Source of the DNA: Steroidobacteraceae bacterium | GTDB taxonomy: Bacteria; Pseudomonadota; Gammaproteobacteria; Steroidobacterales; Steroidobacteraceae | Assembly: GCA_039917615.1 (NCBI GenBank) | Contig: JBDSJD010000031.1 | Span: forward strand, 19,718-83,717 | Direction of reading: 5' to 3' | DNA: 64,000 bases | In this document: positions 56,653 through 64,000 of the stretch, one piece after another | Layout of the letters: each line of letters starts with the position of its first letter | Position numbering within the stretch: the stretch's first letter is position 1 | Position numbers and translations under genes: made by a program | The notes under the pieces: generated by a model | The model's input: the letters and a program-made list of their open reading frames with translations, nothing else | Database searches by the model: none | What the model was told of the DNA's origin: nothing

Positions 56653-58941
56653 ATGCGCGCAGTAACCTTTCTGTTGATCCCAATTGCGTCGCTGGCGATG
56701 GGTGCGTCACCGACCACGGCGTCGTCGAGCTTCGACTCGGTCGTCAAGCCGCTGGTTTCGCAATACTGCCTTGACTGCCACAACTCATCGGATTCCTCTG
56801 GCGACATCGACCTTGAATGGTTGCAAAAGCGTGGCCAGCTCGAGCTTCAAGATCGAGCGACATGGGAACGGATCGTCGAAAAGCTCCGTGCCGGGGAAAT
56901 GCCCCCAGCCGACGAGCCAAGACCGACGCGCGAGCAAGTCACTACACTGGCAGGCTGGATTGACCAGCAGATCGTCAGTCTCGATCGCGACGCCAAACCC
57001 AACCCCGGGAACGTGACGGCTCGGCGCCTCAATCGATACGAGTACGACAATACAATTCGCGATCTGCTGCACGTTCAGCTACGCGCTGCGAATGAATTTC
57101 CGCCCGATCCATTTGGGTATGGGTTTGACAACATTGGGGACGTTCTTTCGCTATCCCCGGTACTGACCGAGAAGTACCTCAAGGCCGCAGAGCGTATCTC
57201 TGAAGCGGCCATTCCGTCCGTCAAGCCAGTCCCATCGGTTGCAGTCCGCTACGAAGCGGAAGCGCTGCGGCAGATTGATCGGCAGCAGCTACAGACCCTC
57301 CACGATTTCCCCGCGGACGGCAACTACACGCTGCGCGTGGCGTGGGAAAACGCGATCTCGGACAAATCCGCGATGACCGTCGTCTGGTACCTCGATGGCA
57401 AGCAGGTCGCCAGCACGCCCTACATGTGGACGACACTTGCGGACCGTGGCGTGGACACAAAAGGTGTTCGGATTCCGCAAGGAACGCACAAACTCGAGGT
57501 GGACATCCAAACACCTCCGCCAAAACAGGGTGCAAGAGGCTCAAGCAAGCCATCCATCGTCCGCATTCAGATCGACGGACCATTCGAGCAGGCCAAACGC
57601 GAGGAGATGGCCGGTTATAAACGCATTTTCTTCAAGGGTCCGCCGACGGCCAAGAATCAGGCGGGTTATGCCCGGGAAATCCTCACAACGCTGGCCCGCC
57701 GTGCATATCGCAGACCGGTGACCGAAGGCGACGTCAAGCCGCTGCTAAACCTGGCCAATCTGGTCCGGAGTCGCGGCGGGTCGTTCGAAGACGGCATTCG
57801 CGTTGCGTTGCAGGCCATACTGGTCTCGCCAAAGTTTCTCTTCCGAGTCGAGCGAGACCCACCGGCCGGAGTGGAAGCCCAGCGGATCAACGACCTCGAA
57901 CTCGCATCGCGGCTGTCCTATTTCCTTTGGAGCAGCATGCCTGATGACGAGCTCCTGATGCTGGCGGAGCAAGGCAAGCTACGTGAGCCAGCCAGTCTTC
58001 GCTCCCAGGTACGCCGCATGACAATTGATCCGAAGGCGCACGCGCTGACGGAAAGTTTTGCCGGGCAGTGGCTGCAGACGCGCGATCTCGAATCGCTCAC
58101 GCCAGATGCCAAACTATTTCCCGATTTCGATGCGCGATTGCGGGATGCAATGCGGACTGAAACAGAGATGTTCTTTCAGTCGATCGTCTCTGAAGATCGT
58201 AGCGTGCTTGATCTGATTGACGGGCGCTACACCTTCGTGAACGAACCTCTGGCGAAACTCTATGGCATTGCCGATGTGAGGGGGCGGGAGTTTCGCCGGG
58301 TCGAATTGGACGGTGCGCAGCGCAGCGGCATACTCACGCACGCAAGCGTCCTGACGGTGACCTCATATCCGACGCGCACGTCACCGGTCATCCGCGGCAA
58401 GTGGGTTTTGGAAACCATCCTCAACTCGCCACCACCTCCGCCGCCTGCAAATATCCCAAGCCTTGATGAGACACGGGTTGGAGTGTCGGCTTCGGTTCGG
58501 CAGCAGTTGGAGCAGCATCGGTCAAACCCGGTGTGCGCCGGCTGCCACTCCCGTATGGACCCACTTGGGTTCGGGCTGGAGAATTACGATGCGATCGGTC
58601 GTTGGCGGACGACTGAAGGCGCAGTCCCGCTGGACTCATCGGGAGTGCTTCCGGACGGCCGACAGTTCGCAGGTGCGACAGAAATGAAGACGCTCCTCAA
58701 GGCCGATGCGCCTCGGTTTGTGCGGGCTCTCTCGGATAAGGTGCTGACTTACGCGCTGGGACGTGGGCTCGAATTTTATGATCGTCCAGCCATCGAGGAA
58801 ATTGCCAATCGCGTCGAGCAGAACGACTACCGCTTCTCTGAATTGATTACTGCGACTATCGAAAGTCTTCCATTTCAACAACGAAGCCGACAGCCGCTTG
58901 AAGCGGCCAAATCTGTTGCCAGGGCGGACAGGAAACCATGA
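56653..58941 (+). CDS. DUF1592/DUF1588/DUF1595-type protein with an N-terminal heme c-binding motif
   Basis: 762 aa with a signal peptide. CLDCHNSSDS (CXXCH) lies near the N-terminus. Motifs such as FLWSSMPDDEL, FAGQWLQ, VTSYPTRTSPVIRGKWV and CAGCHSRMDPLGF are recalled from the Planctomycete-type DUF1592 family. Confidence 0.75.
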   Translation: MRAVTFLLIPIASLAMGASPTTASSSFDSVVKPLVSQYCLDCHNSSDSSGDIDLEWLQKRGQLELQDRATWERIVEKLRAGEMPPADEPRPTREQVTTLAGWIDQQIVSLDRDAKPNPGNVTARRLNRYEYDNTIRDLLHVQLRAANEFPPDPFGYGFDNIGDVLSLSPVLTEKYLKAAERISEAAIPSVKPVPSVAVRYEAEALRQIDRQQLQTLHDFPADGNYTLRVAWENAISDKSAMTVVWYLDGKQVASTPYMWTTLADRGVDTKGVRIPQGTHKLEVDIQTPPPKQGARGSSKPSIVRIQIDGPFEQAKREEMAGYKRIFFKGPPTAKNQAGYAREILTTLARRAYRRPVTEGDVKPLLNLANLVRSRGGSFEDGIRVALQAILVSPKFLFRVERDPPAGVEAQRINDLELASRLSYFLWSSMPDDELLMLAEQGKLREPASLRSQVRRMTIDPKAHALTESFAGQWLQTRDLESLTPDAKLFPDFDARLRDAMRTETEMFFQSIVSEDRSVLDLIDGRYTFVNEPLAKLYGIADVRGREFRRVELDGAQRSGILTHASVLTVTSYPTRTSPVIRGKWVLETILNSPPPPPPANIPSLDETRVGVSASVRQQLEQHRSNPVCAGCHSRMDPLGFGLENYDAIGRWRTTEGAVPLDSSGVLPDGRQFAGATEMKTLLKADAPRFVRALSDKVLTYALGRGLEFYDRPAIEEIANRVEQNDYRFSELITATIESLPFQQRSRQPLEAAKSVARADRKP

Positions 58942-60272
58942 CCAGACCACTTTCCCGAAGAACGCTTCTACGTGGCGCGGGTGCGCTAATCGCCCTGCCC
59001 TATCTGGAGGCCATGTCACCCATCGCGTTTGCTGCGACCCGCCGTGCCGCGGAAAAAGTGGCGCGGATGATGTACGTGTATGCCCCGACAGGCATGATGC
59101 CACACGCCTGGACTCCGACGACCGTCGGCACCGACTTCGAATTCCAGCGCATCATGAAACCGCTGGAAAAGTTCCGCAACGACATCACCGTCATCAGCGG
59201 GCTTGGAAATAATTCGGGTAATTTGCGCGGTGACGCCGGCGGCGACCATGTCCGCGCCGTGGCCAGTTACCTGACCGGAGTGCCCATCAAGGGCCGCGAA
59301 GTCCGCGCAGGCACGTCCGTCGACCAGATTGCCGCGCGAGTGCTCGGCCAGCGCACCAAGTTTGCCTCACTTGAAGTCGCTTGTGAGGACAGCCGTCTGG
59401 TAGGCGGGTGCGACGGCGCTTCATGCGCATACCAGACTGTCTCCTGGAAATCGCCAACCGAGCCGCTGCCGCCGGAAATCAATCCGCGCGCGCTGTTCGA
59501 GCGGATGTTTGGCGATCTCAACGTCAGCAGCGATCCTGTCGAACGAAAGAACCAGCAAGACTATCGCAAGAGCATTCTCGATCTCACGCTCGCCGATACA
59601 AAGAGCCTCCAAAAGACGCTCGGCGGAAACGACCGTCGCAAGCTCGATGAGTACCTCAGTTCAATCCGCGAAGTGGAAATTCGCCTGGGCAAGGCAGACT
59701 CTCGATCGCTGGATGCGTTACCAGCCGGCGCAGGCAAGCCCAACGGCATTCCTGCCAGCTATGCCGAGCATGCCCGGCTCATGTTTGACCTGATTGCCAT
59801 TGCATTTCAGACCGACATGACGCGCGTCAGCACGTTCATGATGGCCCGCGAAGGCGGCGCGCGGCCATATCCCGAGATAGGCGTTCCTGAGGCCCATCAC
59901 CCGGTCTCGCATCACGGCAGAAAGCCAGACTTGATCGAAAAACTCATACAAATCGAGTGCTATCACCTGGAACAGTTTGCTTACTTTGTTGAGAAGCTCA
60001 AGTCGATCAAGGAGGGCGATGGGACGCTGCTGGACAACTGTGCCATCGTCTACGGCGCTGCCATGGGCGATCCGCAGGCCCACGATCACGACGTATGTCC
60101 GACGCTAGTCGCCGGACATGCAAATGGGCGAATCAAGAGAGGACAGCACATCAAAATTGAGAAGCAAACGCCCATGGCCAATCTCCATCTGACCATGCTG
60201 GAGTTGGCCGGCGTACCGACCGAAAAATTCGGCGACGCGAACGGGAAATTGGATTTTCTGACCGGCATTTAG
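58938..60272 (+). CDS. DUF1552 domain protein, TAT-exported
   Basis: Twin-arginine signal LSRRTLLRGAGALIALPYLE. ATGA-coupled to the DUF1592 gene. The HHPVSHH and MGD..AHDH motifs are recalled for DUF1552. Confidence 0.75.
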   Translation: MTRPLSRRTLLRGAGALIALPYLEAMSPIAFAATRRAAEKVARMMYVYAPTGMMPHAWTPTTVGTDFEFQRIMKPLEKFRNDITVISGLGNNSGNLRGDAGGDHVRAVASYLTGVPIKGREVRAGTSVDQIAARVLGQRTKFASLEVACEDSRLVGGCDGASCAYQTVSWKSPTEPLPPEINPRALFERMFGDLNVSSDPVERKNQQDYRKSILDLTLADTKSLQKTLGGNDRRKLDEYLSSIREVEIRLGKADSRSLDALPAGAGKPNGIPASYAEHARLMFDLIAIAFQTDMTRVSTFMMAREGGARPYPEIGVPEAHHPVSHHGRKPDLIEKLIQIECYHLEQFAYFVEKLKSIKEGDGTLLDNCAIVYGAAMGDPQAHDHDVCPTLVAGHANGRIKRGQHIKIEKQTPMANLHLTMLELAGVPTEKFGDANGKLDFLTGI

Positions 60273-60298
60273 ATCAACACATCAAGGCGGACTCAAAT

Positions 60299-61912
60299 AT
60301 GAACCCATTTTTATCGCGGATGCTCCGATTGTTGGTGGTTGCCAATGCCCTGATTTGTACGGGCACTGCTATGGCCCAGGAAGCGTTGAAACTCTCGCAG
60401 CCCGAAATCCGGCTATGGCCCAACGGAGCGCCGGGCTCCGAAGGGAAGACGTCGCCGGAGACTTGGAATCCAAGCCCCGATGGCTTTCACCGGGTCACCA
60501 ACATCAATAATCCCTCCATTACCGTGTTCCTGCCGCCAAAGGGTAAGGCGAACGGCACCGCCGTGGTGATCTCCCCGGGCGGCGGGCACCGCTATCACGT
60601 GATGGATCTTGAGGGTTCCTTGGTTGCCGAGCGGCTGAACGCGATGGGGATTGCCGCATTTGTGCTCAAGAGTCGGCTCGCGAAAGCTCCGGAATCGACG
60701 TACACCGTTGAGGGACATTCGCTCCCTGACGCCCAGCGCGCGATACGCCTGATCCGAAGCCGTGCTGCGGAATGGAATATCAAGACGGACCGTGTCGGTG
60801 TCATGGGATTCTCAGCCGGTGGACTGATCGCTGAGCTCGCCGCGACACGGTTTGAGTCTGTGGAACCCAAACCTTCCGATCCGATCGACAGCCTCAGTTC
60901 GCGTCCGGATTTCGCGGTTCTGGGCTACGGGGGTGCGCCAGCGGATCGCTTAACCCTGCCGAAGAACACGCCGCCGATGTTCCTTCTGGTTGCCGGCGAT
61001 GACGCACCGGCCGCGATGCTTGCGGAAACCTATGTGAAATTGAGAGCTCAAAAGATTCCGGCGGAGTTGCACATCTATTCCAAGGGCGGCCATGGCTTTG
61101 GGATGACGGGTCGAACACCCGCATTTCGAGACCTCCCGCTCTCGCGCTGGCCAGAGCAGCTGCAAGCCTGGCTCCTGCAAATCGGGATGGTCGCGGCTTC
61201 CGCCGAAACGGCGCCGAACGTGTTGAGCGACCAGGAGCAACGCAGTGGGTGGCGCTTGTTGTGGGATGGCAAAACCTCCGAAGGGTGGCGCAGCGCAAAA
61301 GCTCAAACCTTCCCGGCCGGAGGATGGACCATGCAGGGCGGCGTCCTCACCGTGCAGCAGAGCAAAGGCCAGGAAGCAAACGCCGGCGGCGACATCATCA
61401 CGCGCGAAAAGTATTCGAACTTTGAACTGAAGGTCGATTTCAAGATCACACCCGGCGCCAACAGTGGCATCAAGTATTTCGTTCATCCGGATCTTGACCC
61501 GATCACGGGCGCGGGCACGCCTGCGTCTGTCGGGTCGGCGATCGGTTACGAATATCAGGTGCTCGACGACGCGCTGCACCCAGATGCCAAGCTCGGCCGC
61601 AACGGCAACCGCACGCTCGGCTCGCTTTACGATTTGCTCCCTGCCGCCCCTGCAAAAAAATCCAATCCGGTCGGTCAATGGAATACTGCGCTGATTATCG
61701 TGCGTGGCAACCAGGTCGAGCACTGGCTCAACGGCGAAAAAGTCCTCCAATTCGACCGCAGTTCGCCACAGTTTAGGGAGGCATTCCAACTCAGCAAATT
61801 CAAAGGCATTTCTGAATTTCCGCAGTGGACCGACGGCCACATCCTGTTGCAGGAGCACGGCAACGAAGTCTCGTATCGCAATATCAAAATCCGCGTGCTG
61901 CCTGAGAAGTAA
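60299..61912 (+). CDS. fusion protein: alpha/beta-hydrolase esterase + DUF1080 (3-keto-disaccharide hydrolase-like) domain
   Basis: Signal peptide. Nucleophile elbow GFSAGG and the downstream GGHGF. The C-terminal half has GWRLLWDGKTSEGWR, GDIITREKYSNFELKVDFK, NSGIKY and HILLQEHGNEVSYRNIKI, which is a DUF1080 fold. Confidence 0.8.
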   Translation: MNPFLSRMLRLLVVANALICTGTAMAQEALKLSQPEIRLWPNGAPGSEGKTSPETWNPSPDGFHRVTNINNPSITVFLPPKGKANGTAVVISPGGGHRYHVMDLEGSLVAERLNAMGIAAFVLKSRLAKAPESTYTVEGHSLPDAQRAIRLIRSRAAEWNIKTDRVGVMGFSAGGLIAELAATRFESVEPKPSDPIDSLSSRPDFAVLGYGGAPADRLTLPKNTPPMFLLVAGDDAPAAMLAETYVKLRAQKIPAELHIYSKGGHGFGMTGRTPAFRDLPLSRWPEQLQAWLLQIGMVAASAETAPNVLSDQEQRSGWRLLWDGKTSEGWRSAKAQTFPAGGWTMQGGVLTVQQSKGQEANAGGDIITREKYSNFELKVDFKITPGANSGIKYFVHPDLDPITGAGTPASVGSAIGYEYQVLDDALHPDAKLGRNGNRTLGSLYDLLPAAPAKKSNPVGQWNTALIIVRGNQVEHWLNGEKVLQFDRSSPQFREAFQLSKFKGISEFPQWTDGHILLQEHGNEVSYRNIKIRVLPEK

Positions 61913-61930
61913 ACCGGTCGAGCAATATGA

Positions 61931-62509
61931 GTGCTCACCTGGGCTACAAGCCCGGTGAGCTCAAGCCCGAAGCCAATGACCGTCACACAGGAGGGCCGCA
62001 TGCAGCGTACCGGACGACGTGAATACCCGACCGCCGGCCTGTGGAACGTCCACGGCAAGTTCCGCACGGAGGCCGTGTACGCCAACGGCGTGCGCATGAG
62101 CGTCAGCGGCGACTATCCCAACGGCATCAAATATTTCGGCTCCAAGGGCTGGCTGTTCGTGTCGCGCGGCGACTCGACGGCGACAGCCAGCGATCCGAAG
62201 TCGGCGCCGTCGCCCAAGCTGGCTGCGTCAGATCCCAAGATACTGACCTCGGTCATCGGGCCGAACGAGATCCACCTCTATAAGGCCGATGAGCAGCACG
62301 GCAACTGGCTGGACTGCATCATCAGCCGCGAACTGCCTATCTCGCCGGCCGAGCTGGGCCACCGCGGTTGTTCCACCTGCCTGGTCCATGACATCGCCAT
62401 GGTGCTGAAGCGCAAGGTCTACTGGAATCCGGTGCTTGAGCGGTTCAAGAACGACGACGAAGCCAATGCCATGCTGTCGCGCCCGATGCGCGCGCCTTAC
62501 ACGATTTGA
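61931..62509 (+). pseudogene. C-terminal remnant of a Gfo/Idh/MocA oxidoreductase (no Rossmann domain)
   Basis: Only the C-terminal roughly 170 aa are recognisable (VYANGVRM...KGWLFVSRG...HGNWLDCIISRELPISPAELGHRGCSTCLVHDIAMVLKRKVYWNP..ERF..DDEANAMLSRPMRAPY). The ORF opens 19 nt after the preceding stop with a GTG. Confidence 0.5.
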
Positions 62510-62615
62510 GAAGTCCGGATAGGTGCAGGATCGGCGACACCGCGCGATGAGCACTGATGACGACCCCATATTTATGAGTGCACGTAATACTTCCCGAACG
62601 CAGCGAGGATCCAGC

Positions 62616-63407
62616 ATGAAATACGCATTCCAAAATCGCGTCGTGAGTCCAAATAGATTCATCGCTGCGCTCAGGATGACAATCCTGGCGGGCGTCGCTG
62701 CAATCGCGTTTCCCGCGGCGTTCGCGGCCGATGCCGCGCCCCTCTTCTACCTCGCCGGCGACTCGACCATGGCGATCAAACGACTCGACCTTCCCGAGCG
62801 TGGCTGGGGGCAGGGGCTCAACGGACTCTTCAAGGATCCTGCGATGGTTCAAAACCACGCCGTGAACGGCCGCAGCACGAAGAGTTTCATCAACGAAGGC
62901 CGCTGGTCACGCATAGTCGCCGCGCTCCAACCCGGCGACTATGTCCTCATTCAGTTCGGTCACAACGACGAGAAAGTCGAAAGCCCGGGGCTTGGCACGA
63001 ATCCCGCCACCGAGTTTCGCGACAACCTCCGCCGCTTTATCAAGGAAGTCCGCGCGAAGCAGGCTTCGCCTCTCCTCGCGACGCCCGTCGCGCGCCGTAA
63101 ATTCGACAAGGACGGCACACTCCAGCCGACGCACGGCGCCTACCCCGATGCGATCCGTGCCGTCGCGGCGGAGGAGAAAGTCCCGCTGCTCGACCTCGAA
63201 AAGGCGACGAGCGCTTGGCTGCAAACCACCGGCGACGAGCCGTCGAAAAAATTCTTCATGTGGTTCGAACCGGGCGCGCATCCGCTGGTGCCCCGTGGAA
63301 GCAAGGACGACACGCATTTCGTCGAAGCCGGTGCGCTGCACGTCGCCGAACTCGCCGCCGCGCAGATCAAAGAGCAGAACCTCCCGCTGGCGTTGTGGCT
63401 GAAGTGA
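62616..63407 (+). CDS. SGNH/GDSL hydrolase (rhamnogalacturonan acetylesterase-like)
   Basis: Trimmed to ATG 62616. Signal peptide, then block I (LAGDSTMA), block III (GHND) and block V (DDTHF). Confidence 0.8.
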   Translation: MKYAFQNRVVSPNRFIAALRMTILAGVAAIAFPAAFAADAAPLFYLAGDSTMAIKRLDLPERGWGQGLNGLFKDPAMVQNHAVNGRSTKSFINEGRWSRIVAALQPGDYVLIQFGHNDEKVESPGLGTNPATEFRDNLRRFIKEVRAKQASPLLATPVARRKFDKDGTLQPTHGAYPDAIRAVAAEEKVPLLDLEKATSAWLQTTGDEPSKKFFMWFEPGAHPLVPRGSKDDTHFVEAGALHVAELAAAQIKEQNLPLALWLK

Positions 63408-63504
63408 CTCGTCATTGCGAGGCGCGCAGCGCCGAAGCAATCCCAGCTGGATTGCCAGGCGACCCGATGGCCCGTGTACCATCACGCGGCCCGTGCGCCA
63501 CTCC

Positions 63505-64000
63505 ATGAACAAACTCGCCCATATCAATGACCAGATCGGCCGTTATCGCTGGACCATCTGCGGGTTGGTTTTCTTCGCCACCACCATCAACTACCTCGAC
63601 CGCAACGTGCTCGGGCTGCTGAAACCCCTGCTGTCCAGCGAAGGCGTGTTCGGTGACGACAAGGCCGGACAGGAGCTGAACTACGCGCGCGTAGTGATCT
63701 GCTTCCAGCTGGCCTATGCCGTCGGCATGGTGCTCGCCGGCCGGATGATCGACTGGCTCGGCACCAAGGCAGGCTATGCCTACTCTCTGATCGCCTGGAG
63801 CCTCGCGGCCATCGGACATGCCTTCGGTCATCACACATGGAGCTTCGGGTTCTGGCGCGCCGCGCTGGGCTTCGCTGAAGCGGGCAATTTCCCCGCGGCC
63901 AACAAGACTATTGCAGAGTGGTTTCCGAAGCAGGAACGCGCGTTCGCCACCGGCCTGTACAACTCCGGCGCCAACGCGGGCGCTATCATCGCGCCGCTGA
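63505..64000 (+). CDS. MFS transporter, hexuronate (ExuT)-like, partial (3' end outside the window)
   Basis: My own translation from ATG 63505: MNKLAHINDQIGRYRWTICGLVFFATTINYLDRNVLGLLKP...FWRAALGFAEAGNFPAANKTIAEWFPKQERAFATGLYNSGANAGAIIAPL. The frame is open to the window end. Confidence 0.8.
   Translation, partial: MNKLAHINDQIGRYRWTICGLVFFATTINYLDRNVLGLLKPLLSSEGVFGDDKAGQELNYARVVICFQLAYAVGMVLAGRMIDWLGTKAGYAYSLIAWSLAAIGHAFGHHTWSFGFWRAALGFAEAGNFPAANKTIAEWFPKQERAFATGLYNSGANAGAIIAPL

Overview
This is a 64-kb high-GC chromosomal segment (about 57-67% GC on the lines I sampled by eye). Gene content points to a gammaproteobacterium, probably Xanthomonadales-like; that is inference only. All coordinates come from the supplied ORF track, with starts re-trimmed by reading the DNA. 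No database searches were run, so every family name is a motif-level call.

Gene content from left to right:
- 1-6.3 kb: housekeeping and envelope genes. These are a DUF2269 membrane protein, a secreted DUF1080 protein, grxD, a BON lipoprotein, nadC and a GAF-PAS-GGDEF-EAL protein.
- 6.4-14.3 kb: a tightly packed envelope-lipid tailoring locus. It holds a GT2 polyprenyl-P glycosyltransferase, GtrA, an ArnT-like GT39, a DUF374 acyltransferase, a cytochrome P450, a FAAL-ACP fusion and an LpxL-type acyltransferase.
- 14.4-16.3 kb: an aldehyde dehydrogenase and a c-type cytochrome.
- 16.3-27.6 kb: two complete type IV minor-pilin sets (fimU-pilV-pilW-pilX-pilY1-pilE) arranged head-to-head around a tRNA-Thr.
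- 27.6-38.1 kb: a conserved core block of ispH-lspA-ileS-ribF-murJ, rpsT, obg-rpmA-rplU, ispB and tRNA-Pro. As I recall it, the gene order matches the Pseudomonas aeruginosa fimU...ispB region.
- 38.1-40.4 kb: a low-GC islet next to tRNA-Pro carrying hipBA.
- 40.4-50.4 kb: a PepSY membrane protein, iorAB-type molybdo-oxidoreductase, DUF1415, an SOS-box-preceded PA0069-type radical SAM gene, a SnoaL-like protein, a TonB-family protein, DUF4197, a hyi-like gene and hemF.
- 50.5-64 kb: a lower-GC carbohydrate-utilisation locus. It holds a frameshifted TonB-dependent receptor, a XylR/AraC regulator, a TAT-exported Gfo/Idh/MocA oxidoreductase, a DUF1592/DUF1552 pair, an esterase-DUF1080 fusion, a truncated oxidoreductase remnant, an SGNH esterase and an ExuT-like MFS transporter. 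An 89-bp element is duplicated in its two divergent promoter regions.

The most interesting candidates are the lipid-tailoring locus, the duplicated pilin sets (including a non-cleavable PilE paralog and a miniature PilY1), and the predicted periplasmic oxidative glycoside locus.
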